A stretch of DNA of 62,808 nucleotides, counting the filler, from Globobulimina sp. (lineage: Eukaryota), in NCBI GenBank assembly GCA_003354225.1. It is 47 parts of 47 records of this genome, joined end to end, with 100 filler letters (N's around TTAATTAATTAA, not from the genome) between each part and the next. Parts side by side here need not be neighbours in the genome. Positions count along the whole stretch, not along the records: positions 24,106 to 25,344 come from PIVH01020331.1; positions 25,445 to 26,683 come from PIVH01020332.1; positions 26,784 to 28,022 come from PIVH01020333.1; positions 28,123 to 29,361 come from PIVH01020334.1; positions 29,462 to 30,700 come from PIVH01020335.1; positions 30,801 to 32,039 come from PIVH01020336.1; positions 32,140 to 33,378 come from PIVH01020337.1; positions 33,479 to 34,716 come from PIVH01020338.1; 39 more parts are not named here. The stretch is one strand, 5' to 3'. Shown here piece by piece: positions 24,935 through 35,999 of this stretch. A model generated the notes under the pieces. The model saw nothing but the letters and a program-made list of their open reading frames with translations, searched no databases and had not been told where the DNA came from. A program made the translations under genes and the position numbers. How positions within the stretch are numbered: position 1 is the stretch's first letter; every line of letters begins with the position of its first letter.

Positions 24935-25344
24935 TCAGTTTTTAAAATTGAGCTGCTTTGAAACGAATAATTCCTCCAATAACAAAGTATTGACTGCCCA
25001 GCCATGACTCTGCGATACCTTTTTATATGGAGCTGTGTCATGTTGCTCAATTTCAAACTGATCACAATATATTTTTCGTGATATAATCAGCCTCTTCCAG
25101 CTCGATGGCATTGATAACAATTTTACCCTGTAATTGCAAATAAAAAGTGTACGTAAGGAATATGCATTATAAAAAGTGTACGTAATAAAAAGTGTAATTG
25201 CAAATAAAAAGTTTACCCTGTAATTGTACGTAAGGAATATGCATTTAATTACTTTACCTTAAACTAAATGAACCGATTTGTTTTGGCGAATAACCATTAG
25301 GGTATGCTTTGAGGATCCATTTAGTATCTTTAATTTCAAACGGT
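24935..25344 (-). CDS. MATH-like domain protein, spliced fragment
   Basis: FEIKDTKWILKAYPNG...SFSLR|VKLLSMPSSWK...HGW; intron 25128-25257. Confidence 0.6.
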
Positions 25345-25658
25345 NNNNNNNNNNNNNNNNNNNNNNNNNNNNNNNNNNNNNNNNNNNNTTAATTAATTAA
25401 NNNNNNNNNNNNNNNNNNNNNNNNNNNNNNNNNNNNNNNNNNNNAATATATGTTTCTTTTTTTTTAGTTTGATGAAAATATTCAATATCTATCAGTGTGC
25501 AAGGATATGAGTGCAAGGATATTTTAGCATGTTGCGATGTTTAATTACTAATTTTAAATTTGCTCCGGCCAGTATGGGACCATTTTAATCCTAACTCATT
25601 TAAAATGGTCCTACTCTAAAGATGACTAGCTCACTTTAAGAAAACTTCGATATCCAAC

Positions 25659-26683
25659 ATGTCACAGCAACATAAGTCAATGATTGCCAGTGTATTGCTG
25701 TTGTTGAGCATTAGATTTTTCGTCTGTTTCGCAACCGTATGGACTTGGAATTGGACACGAGGAGATCCGCCAACATTACCCAGGCCAGCCAGCATAATGG
25801 CTGTTGGCTATGATTCCGTCAATGATCGCATTATGTTAGTTGGCGGCAACGGTGGGTATAGAAGCCAATTGGTAATATTTCAAAGAAACCACAGTTTCAG
25901 TGATTATTGCTTGGATTGCCTCAACGATATGATGTGGGGATGGGGCCAATATTACTCCCAATTAAATAATATTCTATACATCAATTCATATAAACGTAAT
26001 TATATCACCATATTTGATCTTGCAACGAATCAGCTCACCAATACACTTTCGAAAACTGACATCCATGCAACCAATATATTTTCTTCTTGTGTGACCTCGT
26101 TCGCACACAACAATTATGATTATTTAATGCTTATTGGTGGCAAATTTGAGCTATATTACTTTGGCTCATCTGCACTTTTCAATATTTCAAGATACGAATG
26201 GCTGGCACCTGATTCCATTCCTGTATTAAATCAAAACAGATCTGAATTTGCCTGTGCTTTTTGCGCAAATAAAATATTTGCTATCGCTGGCGATCCGTCT
26301 TTAAATTCTATTGAAATGTTAAATATTGCCAATGGTATCGCAGAGATTGGAAATCAAGAATGGACAGTAATTGATCCTTTGCCAGTTGTCATGTTAAAGC
26401 GGCCCTTAACTGTTGTTTATGGGCAACATATTGCGATCATCGGTGGCTATGTTAAGTCATTGGATACATATTTAAACCAAATCATAGAAATTGATGCCAC
26501 ATCAAATATAGTACAGATGACAGGCTCATTAGCGTATAAAGTGGCTGACGCTGCGGCAGTTGTTGTGTATCCATATGTGTATGCGTTTGCAGGTGCTAAT
26601 AATGGCGATAACAATCATGATTTCTGGCAATACAGCATTGTGGGTACAGTAAATATCACTGCAACTCCAACTGCAATCACTTC
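25659..26683 (+). CDS. Secreted kelch-repeat beta-propeller protein
   Basis: Signal peptide; repeated IMLVGG, LMLIGG, IFAIAG, IAIIGG, VYAFAG with W anchors. Confidence 0.85.
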
Positions 26684-27033
26684 NNNNNNNNNNNNNNNNN
26701 NNNNNNNNNNNNNNNNNNNNNNNNNNNTTAATTAATTAANNNNNNNNNNNNNNNNNNNNNNNNNNNNNNNNNNNNNNNNNNNNTTGGTCCTATATATTTG
26801 TAACTTTCAAAAAATGATAATGGGTATATTTGCCCGACCTGTGTACTGCTACGAGGTTCTAGAACAGTCTGGAAGCTGGTATACGATACCCATGATAAAA
26901 TTGTCTACCTCCAGTTACCTCCAGTTTTCCTGTTTTTCTTTTTACCACCATGGCACAGCTTCGACGGTAAACGTAGCATAGGCAGATCATTATGAGTATT
27001 ACGGTGGATTTGTACCAATTGGTACCAGATATT

Positions 27034-27385
27034 AATGAGATTTCATGGCTATGGATGAGATATCATGGCTATGGATGAGATTTCATCGACCAGATTATGG
27101 CCGGATGAGATTTATTGCATATGAATGAGATTTATGGCCGGATGAGATTTATATCATATGCAACATGGACTAAGCCACCACTGTGGTCATAACCACCGTT
27201 GGCAAAGCAACCGTTGACACAACCACAGCGACATACCACTGTGGACATAACCGCTGTGGTCTGTGAACATACAGGTGAACGACCACGTGGACACTGCATA
27301 ACCACCGTGGACAAAGCAACTTGGGCATAACACCGTTGATAAAGCAGCTGTGGACAAAGCAACCTAACATAACCACCGTTGACAC
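27034..27385 (+). repeat. Two adjacent degenerate minisatellites
   Basis: GATGAGATTTCATGGCTATG-type units 27034-27150; ACCACCGTTG/GTGGACAAAGCAAC-type units 27165-27385. Confidence 0.8.
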
Positions 27386-27413
27386 AGTTTAGCATCCCAC
27401 GCGTGTAATTTAT

Positions 27414-27478
27414 TGTGATGAGAGCTCAATGAGAGCATCTAATTAAAGGAGATTTGGGTTCAAATCCCATCATCACAT
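27414..27478 (+). tRNA. tRNA-like element with reduced anticodon arm
   Basis: TGTGATGA/TCATCACA terminal stem, GCTC-AATGA-GAGC D arm, TGGG-TTCAAAT-CCCA T arm, followed by a T-run. Confidence 0.55.
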
Positions 27479-27910
27479 TTTTGTTTTCATCATAATTTAA
27501 AAAAACTATAATTTTTTGTTTGTGTTTCGGTTGTGTATGTTTTATGGCTGTGAACAAGGTGATAAACATCACAACTTTTCCTTTTGAATACAGAAATCAA
27601 CAAAACACATCCTTAGACATAACATATTAAATATCCAATATATTTGGTACGGCAGATTTTTTTTTATGGTAGCATTTAACTATATATGCATGCATTTAAA
27701 TGCAGAATTCAATTATATACATTTTGCACCCCAAAGAATTTGAATAGCATCAGTATTGCAGAAGTTACAAGCATTTTGATTTTGGCGATTAGTCATCTAT
27801 ACTGACAAAATCTCAAACAAGTTCCATGTGAGTGCCAATACTCGCCACAATGACACCGAATGCCATAACACTGCCAATGGCCAATAAAAATATAATCCGT
27901 TCATGTCTCG

Positions 27911-28022
27911 AGCACCTTCGCGGATCTCCAAACTGGGCAAATGTGGCAGGAAATCATTGCCCACAAAGAAGCACAAAAAGACAAAATCGTCGATGACGCT
28001 CCAAATCCCACCATTCGCAGTC
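27911..28022 (-). pseudogene. XRN1/XRN2 5'-3' exoribonuclease fragment
   Basis: WDLER / frameshift / [29 protein letters not shown], then unrelated sequence. Confidence 0.85.
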
Positions 28023-28122
28023 NNNNNNNNNNNNNNNNNNNNNNNNNNNNNNNNNNNNNNNNNNNNTTAATTAATTAANNNNNNNNNNNNNNNNNNNNNN
28101 NNNNNNNNNNNNNNNNNNNNNN

Positions 28123-28811
28123 AACATGGCTCGCAATAAAATACGAGTATGCGCACGAATATGATTTCGGATTGGTTGCATTTCATTTATTATCTTTTCA
28201 GTCAAATCATATAATAAATCATAATTAATGCCAATTTGGTGGTCGATTTCAATTTCTATGGCTTCCTCTATTTTAAGACATTGTGGCCATAAATCCATCG
28301 GAATCTCTTCAAATATTAATGGAATTATATATTTATTGTATTTATCTGCTAAATTTAATTGTTGTCTGCATGTTTTTGAATGTACAAAGTACGGACTTAT
28401 AATTACTATAAAAATATCAGCGGTCGCTATACATTCTTCATAATGTTCGTATCTTCGTTTTGAATTAATATCATTCGATATCACACTTCTCCAATTTCGG
28501 TCTATCCATACTTTTTGTAAATGTGTTGCCATTTCTTTATCAATGATGCTGTGACAAATAAACACACCATTTCCATGCTCGTTTGTGTTGGAAATGATGG
28601 CTCCATCTAATCCAATATCTGGCTCGTTTAGGTTTTCTAAATAGTTTTTCCAAAAATGAACTCGTTCTTCTTGATAGGATGCTTGTACTCGATTCTGTGG
28701 TAAACAGCAGGAACAAAACACTTCGAGAAATGGATGCGCTCTCTCGTATGGATTGTATGCATAAAACTCTTCCTTTTTGTCATTCATAACTATGTACAGC
28801 AAGTGTCTCAA
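28123..28811 (-). CDS. TIR (TIR_2-like) domain protein
   Basis: VFICHS, VWID, ADIFIVIISPYFVHSKTCRQQLNLA, IIPLIFE. Confidence 0.82.
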
Positions 28812-29751
28812 TTGAATATAAAATTAGAATAATATCTTCACAATATTGCTAAAATTAGAATAATCATAATCAACGTAACTAAAAACATGCTTTGTAGATG
28901 AAAAATGTTTCTTAAATAAATGCTACAGCTTAAGTTTTCAGACTCGTTCAGTAGATTAAAGAAATCTTGATTTAATTGTAAAGTTGTAAATAAATCTTTT
29001 AGTTGGTTGAACAATTAAGATTTCGTGTGTAGATGAAATTAAAACTTTCAAAAACATTAATAATGGGCATGGACAATGGCACTTTGACTCGGCATTATCA
29101 TTTTGAAAATAATAAATTAGCAATATTTGCGATGTGTGCAAGTCTACGAACATTATTTTAGACTTTATTAAATTCAAACCATTGTGTTTCAAATTGCATT
29201 GCAACAAACGGTATCATTTCGTTTGGATCAGGTCGTGTTTGCGTTGTTGGATTAATATAACATCTATGAACCATAAACCATTTCTGTGCCGCAGAATAAT
29301 TGAAATCATTATTATCAAAACAAAACTTTGGTATACTTTTCAACTGCGGATATTGCACATTNNNNNNNNNNNNNNNNNNNNNNNNNNNNNNNNNNNNNNN
29401 NNNNNTTAATTAATTAANNNNNNNNNNNNNNNNNNNNNNNNNNNNNNNNNNNNNNNNNNNNAAATGGCAGTATTCACAAATTTAATACTAGTCACCTACC
29501 TTACAACCCCTACCACCCTTACCACCGCTACCACCCGCTACCACCCACACAACCACACCCAGCCGTCTTGCAAACTAACATCCGATATCAAACAGTGTTT
29601 TTTGCAAAAAAAATAATTAAGAAATCTGAATGTCCCCAGTTATACTAAGAAATCATTTGTTATCACTACAAAGCCAAAAAATCTAAATTTACAAAAGAAA
29701 ACGCAATATAATAAAATCAAAAGTGCAAACAAACAAAACGGACTTTTATAA

Positions 29752-30660
29752 TTAATAATTTTCCAAATGCAACACAAATCGGGTGTCATTTTCCAAATCG
29801 CTATATTTGCCGCAATTTATTTGCAAATCTTTGGCGATCACGTTTGGCCCACAAAACATGACTCCGATTTTCTGCCCGCAATGCTGTTTTTGAATTGGCT
29901 CAAACAATTCTGGCCATTTCGGCCTCCCTCGATGTATAATTATGTCGCCAATCACATTCGCTTCCTCTTCGTCGGCCGGCGGCGCCTTCAACGCCTTCCA
30001 AATATCCATCTCATCAAAGGGCGCGTTCGTATTCCTTTGGACCTTTCCCGCTCCGACTCCGTCCTTCATGTCGTCGTGCAACATGTCATCAAAGTGCGTG
30101 CCCCAAATGGCCAAATCTGACGCCTCCTCGTCCTCTAATTCCAACTCGGACTCCAACTCATTTTCTTCCGGCACGGAGGTCACAAAAATATGGATTTGGA
30201 TGATTTTGTTCTCCATATTTTCTTTATTTTTGATGCGCATATCGAACAATTCATCCTCCACTTCCTTCAAAGTCCGACACATCCACCGATAGGCCGCCAA
30301 TTGTTTGTAATTCACAATCCAGCAACAATAGGCACAGTCGGGAAAGCAATGTCCGATGCCTCGCTTGAACCGGAAATACACAATGGACTGCAAAGCGGCT
30401 CTCATCGGCGTCACGCCAATGCCGGCTCCGATACACAAACAGGTCAGGTATTCGCCTAAATGCTGCATGGGCGCCGAGATGGGGCCGTCAATGCAAATCA
30501 ATGGTTTGCCATCCGGACCAATGCTCTGCGGTACCAAAGACTGTCCATCTCGATGGTACAATTCCGTATAACATTTATGTGGCGACATGGCCTCGAAAAA
30601 CTGTTGTAATCGATCAGACCAACTGCCTGGATGTCAGGATGTAAAGAAAACTTTGAAGTG
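29752..30660 (-). CDS. NADPH oxidase/ferric reductase, C-terminal NADPH-binding domain
   Basis: IDGPISAP, IGAGIGVTP, GRPKW, IGVMFCGP, LHLENY*. Confidence 0.93.
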
Positions 30661-30937
30661 AAGAGCATGGCAAGAAATTGTAAAAAAAGCGAAGTACCTG
30701 NNNNNNNNNNNNNNNNNNNNNNNNNNNNNNNNNNNNNNNNNNNNTTAATTAATTAANNNNNNNNNNNNNNNNNNNNNNNNNNNNNNNNNNNNNNNNNNNN
30801 GTTGTCAAGGTATATGGACATAGTGTACCCACACCAAGTTTCAAGTCTCTATCCCTTCGCTTCTTGGAGTTATACAACTTTTGACCAAGTGGCGCTGGGC
30901 ATATTTCAGTAAAATGGTCGCGTTACACTCCCCCTGA

Positions 30938-31246
30938 TATGGACAGGATATAGCTAACTTTCTGAATAACTTAGGTTCTGATATAGTCTCACCATTTAGA
31001 GTTCAAAGTGATGACTCAGTTGTTTGTGGCGCCTATGTTTGTTATATTGCACATTATTTGGTTTTGGGTTATTCTTTGGGTTCTATTTATGCTAAATTCA
31101 ATAATGGTAATTACTTGCACAATGATATGAATGTTTTGAAATGGCTTTACACTAACTTTGGTTTTATTATGGACTTGTATAAGTGTAATCCTGGTGATCA
31201 ATCATGTGCTAGTATGAATAATATTATAAAACAGAAAATAAAGTAA
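30938..31246 (+). CDS. Adenain-type cysteine protease (Polinton/adintovirus), C-terminal half
   Basis: Open frame from 30938: RVQSDDSVVCGAYVCY (Q...CG catalytic motif), later NDMNV and QSC; directly upstream of the ATPase. Confidence 0.75.
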   Translation, partial: YGQDIANFLNNLGSDIVSPFRVQSDDSVVCGAYVCYIAHYLVLGYSLGSIYAKFNNGNYLHNDMNVLKWLYTNFGFIMDLYKCNPGDQSCASMNNIIKQKIK

Positions 31247-31277
31247 AAAATTTTCATTTGCTTTCTATGCATTCACC

Positions 31278-32014
31278 ATGACAACACGTTTCAATGGTTT
31301 TTGGTTGCGTACACCATTTACATCATGTATAATTGGCCCATCCAAAAGCGGCAAGACTGTACTGACCGATAAATTGGTACAAAATTGGGACTGGATTAGC
31401 TGCAGTACGAAACTTGAACGATTTGTGTTGTTGTATGATTGTTGGCAGCCGATTTATGACCAGATACTTGGACAAGTACCTGAAGGAGTAGAAGTCATTT
31501 TGAAACAGGGCTTTCCAATGGAAGAACTGCGAAGTGATAAATTGTTCAAAACTGGTGGTAAAGCAACTTTGATAATCATCGATGACCTTAGCACCGTTAT
31601 GGAAAACAGTAAAGAAGTCAGACAAGCTGTATCTCGTCTATTTCGAGTATTGTCCCATCACAGGTACACAGTACGGCTGACATGCTAACTGCCAACATGT
31701 ACTACATTTTCAGGAATATAAGTTGTTTTCTAATTTTACAAGAGATTCCTACAAACAAAGACATGAGTTGCATAATCAGAAACACTGATTACTTTTTTGT
31801 GACACAAGGCAACGAAGACCAACTTGTTACCTTGCAGCGAAGGCTGTTTACTTATCGCAGAGGGTTGCTGATTGACGCGGCGAAATGGGCTTTCGAAAAC
31901 CACAAAAGTCTGTATCTTTGCATAGACAGGAAACCTGATACGCCCATTGAAATGAAATTGCGCATAGGAATGCTACCCAATGAAATTGGAAGGGTATTGC
32001 AACCTTTGACTTGA
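31278..32014 (+). CDS. A32/FtsK-like DNA packaging ATPase (Polinton type), one intron, 228 aa
   Basis: PFTSCIIGPSKSGKT Walker A, LIIIDDL Walker B; intron 31664-31713 restores SHHR|NISCFLILQ; RNTDY, YLCID, LRIG. Confidence 0.92.
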
Positions 32015-32566
32015 AACTGAACAGTTGTGTCACCATGAANNNNNNNNNNNNNNNNNNNNNNNNNNNNNNNNNNNNNNNNNNNNTTAATTAATTAANNNNN
32101 NNNNNNNNNNNNNNNNNNNNNNNNNNNNNNNNNNNNNNNCATCATTGCTTCCATGGCAATTAATTTTTATGATCCTTTATTAATTTATTGTGTGTGAGTT
32201 CAGTGCAAAATGATATGGTGTTGGTCTTATATTGCGCAACATACAGAAACGGTTTGCTAGAGCTTTGTGTGGAGTTTGCAAATCCAACACAAAGTTATAC
32301 AAATCTATCGTTTACCGACTCTAAATGACAAATTTGTAAAATCAAACGTCTATTTATATTGTAAGAAGACCAGTAAATTGATACTATGCTTTTCGCGATA
32401 AAGATGCAACATTCTACGGAGAGATAAAAAATATCAAGAATATTTTGTAAAACAAAAAAAACTAAAACACAAATATTCAATAAATAAATCAAAACACTTA
32501 CCATAATTAAATAAATAAAAGGTTAAAATAAATAGTTTGGTCGGAATAATTAACGGAATTGCAGAG

Positions 32567-33378
32567 TTACATAAAGTTAAACAGCAAATTGCGAGGTCTA
32601 AAATCATCGCAATCAACATTCTTGCTATCATTATTCTGCTTCTTTTTAACGACAGTTTTTCTTATTTTTGTTATTTTTTGCTTATGTTTGTTATCAAATG
32701 GAAATGGAGATTTTTGCATATTTTTGCTATTAAATAGAAGTGGAGATTTTTGGTTTTGTGCATTATCAAATGCAGAATTTAGATTTAATTGAAATTCATC
32801 GGTAATATTAACTATTGGCGACTGGGACGGATTAAAATGAAATAATGAGTTGTAACATTTCGGTGATTCTTGATAAAACCAATGCGTTTCTACTTTCTTA
32901 GTGCTATTACAGTGCGAAGCACCTCCGCTGTTATTAATGGTCTTATTATCACGAGTATTAATTATAGTTTTTGGTGGCAAAGCTAATGATTTTAATGGTT
33001 TGCATGTTTTAAAATGTTCAATGTAGCCTTCGTTGTTTAGGATTTCATGGATTTTATTTAATATTTGGCTGCAATCTGGGCGCAACTTTGAATTTTCAGA
33101 CAACATTATTTTGCATAAATGTTTAATTTCAATATCAATGTCTTCAATTATTTCATTATTGACGTCTTCAAAATTAATATTTTGGGATGTAAATTTAAAA
33201 GAAAATTTATTATTTTCCTTTTTTTCTTTATATTTTGGTTTTGTTTTAGTTTTTTTATATTTTTTGATCGGTGAAGGTTCCATAATATTAAAATCAATAA
33301 CGTTTCTTCGCAAATTATGAAATATATGTCCTTGTGATGGTGCTTTAATATCACATAACAATTCTAATAAAATTATAC
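32567..33378 (-). CDS. Protein kinase C-terminal end with low-complexity tail
   Basis: IKHLCKIMLSENSKLRPDCSQIL resembles kinase subdomain XI. Confidence 0.6.
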
Positions 33379-33478
33379 NNNNNNNNNNNNNNNNNNNNNN
33401 NNNNNNNNNNNNNNNNNNNNNNTTAATTAATTAANNNNNNNNNNNNNNNNNNNNNNNNNNNNNNNNNNNNNNNNNNNN

Positions 33479-34013
33479 GTGATAATAAATGCTCGCTGCG
33501 ACTTGGACTCCCAAAGTACTGTGCCGGTACCAACAGTGTTCATACTATAACCATGCTTAGTTTCTTTATAACACATTCGTAATTGGCCAATGTAATCAAT
33601 TATAGCTTCCTCATTGCACCAAGCTTCATATATCGGCTGCCATTGGTCAGTTCCGGTCACCATGAAGTCTCGAATTGCATCATCATCATCATCTGACGCT
33701 TTTTGTTTATATTTCATATGATTTATACATTACAACATAATATATACAAACCATCAGTATCAACCGCAGCAAATAACTTTTCATCATCATCATTTTGTTG
33801 CTTTGTTTCATTGTTGGGTTTGAAATTGGGTGATTTAGCAAATGATGCTTTTTCGTTGCATCGTTTATGTTGAATCTGTTGAGTTGGATTGATAATAAAA
33901 TTAGAGGTTGCAAAGTCTTTGTCGGTTATTAATTTATTGCATCTTATACAGTTATCGTCTTTTGTATGTGCTGTTTTATCATTTATCTGAGAGGTATTCT
34001 GCTCATTTCCCAT
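33479..34013 (-). CDS. Hypothetical protein with MG start and CxxC...HxxC knuckle, spliced
   Basis: MGNEQ...CIRC...HKRC; second ORF 33479-33717. Confidence 0.5.
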
Positions 34014-34192
34014 GTCTTAAAGTGAGTCACAACTCTGAGGTTTTTTGCTATCTGAAGAAGTATTTCAAAAACACAATAATCGTCATCAAAAACAAAATAC
34101 AGACATAGTATACAAGATATATTGTATTATTAGTATATAATGCAAAATCTCAATCTCAACCTCAAGGTCAATATATATATCAGAGCCTTAAA

Positions 34193-34716
34193 TTAAATGA
34201 TGTGACATCCACATTCAATTAATTCTCGTCTTGTTGCAAATAATATTTTGTTTTTACCTTTAAATGAAAGATAATCGCATTCCATATTGACATTTAGCTG
34301 CAGCAAATATTCAATAAATTGGGAATATGTTGTCACTTTTGCAATAACGCCGTGTCCATTATTACTTTTATAGAAACGTTGTGGAAAATCGGTAGCAAAG
34401 ACACAGCACGGTACCAATGCTACATTTTTATTAAATATTTTTGCATATTGTACAATACATTGAGTAGCTCCATCCGGATGCATTCCAACCATCAAATCAC
34501 ATTTCTTCATCAACTCTGCATATTTTATAACAAATCTCTCATCAAACCGTTGTTTAATATGTTGATAATATGTACCATTAAAATAATTGTTCATTTTTTT
34601 AATTTGCCATTTCCGAAATTGTTTGGGTGTAAATGGATCCACAACGATAACTTTATATCCTTTAATAGTTAAAAAGCACGCCACATCTCCAGCACCTCCT
34701 GCAATGTCCAATATTA
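34193..34716 (-). CDS. SAM-dependent methyltransferase-like protein, 3' part
   Basis: LDIAGGAG, VVDP, GMHPDGAT, VPCCVF, LSFKGKN. Confidence 0.8.
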
Positions 34717-35207
34717 NNNNNNNNNNNNNNNNNNNNNNNNNNNNNNNNNNNNNNNNNNNNTTAATTAATTAANNNNNNNNNNNNNNNNNNNNNNNNNNNN
34801 NNNNNNNNNNNNNNNNAAAAGAAAAATGATGGAATGGGTTGAAAATAAAAATGGAAATCATGCCCCAATTGATCATGAATTTTTGTTGCGAGAAATATGT
34901 TTATATTCATGGTCAGATACGTATCCTCACGCACCTTTATTTAAAAAAATACATTCAAAATCGCTCATTGCATCCAATATCTGTCATGAAACTATGAATA
35001 TGGATAAAATATGTGACTCCTTCAATGATGAGATACACTGTGATATAAATGTTGAACCTCTTAACGATAATTTAAATATTCATTATTTTGATTCGTTTGA
35101 ATGAAAAATAGTTATAAAATCTCGGAAAAAATATAACGTTTCTGTGTAAGGATAGTGTTTTTATTCAAGAAATCAATCTGATCTGTTGATGGCATGGTGT
35201 AGCAATT

Positions 35208-35999
35208 ATGTTTTTGTTAGTTTTCCTCCTTTGCATAATAGTACAAAGCATGTCGTCTGTTGTGACGAAGAAACAAGTCCAAGCAGAGGCAATTGAGATA
35301 TTAAAGGTATTTCAAGGCAACATTAAAAATGATGTATATATATCATTGCAAAAAGCAATAAGTAATGATTTAATTGTGAAAAATTATGCATTTATGGGTG
35401 TTGATGCATGGAATAGAGTTACTGCATTTAGTGTAGCCTCGGAATCATTATATCAACATTTCAAACGGTATCGTTATTTATTTGAGGAACAAAAAGTAGA
35501 AAGAAAAGAGGAAGAAAAAGGTAATATTAATACCAATATTAATGCAAATATGAAAGGATTTAAACCAGTTTATGTTACAACATTACCTGTTTATAAAGGA
35601 AGTGATGCGGAGCATCATCGCTATGCAACAAAACCGTTACATTTAAAAACAGATTGGGATGTAACAAAGACTCATTTAATGTATCACCTTGAATTTAGAG
35701 GACATCTTCATATTGCAAGTGAAATAATATTTGGTATTGGAGTTGGTTAATATATATATAATACAGAACAAAATTTACGAAATACAAATGTTAAACATCT
35801 TTGTGATGGCGCAATGATATCAAGTTATGTGTCAAGTGATAACAAAGTTACATTTAAATTGATCAGTAAGCATAATAGCAATTGGCACGCATCTGATTTA
35901 AGTATAAATATGATTGGATATGGTGATTGGTATCATCAACAAGCCTGGGATATTGGCCTTAAGATAATTGATTCGTGCCATTCTGATGACAATTTTTGA
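35208..35999 (+). CDS. Hypothetical protein, spliced
   Basis: ORFs 35208-35750 and 35814-35999 separated by an AT-rich intron-like segment. Confidence 0.45.

Larger units (their letters stand above)
30938..32039 (+). mobile_element. Polinton/Maverick-like element fragment (protease + ATPase)
   Basis: Two hallmark morphogenesis genes 31 bp apart in the same orientation. Confidence 0.85.

Noticed and set aside
27132-27395. Cys/Val-rich ORFs
   Set aside because: Translations of a minisatellite
29767-30571. Several plus-strand ORFs
   Set aside because: Antisense shadows of the GC-richer NOX gene
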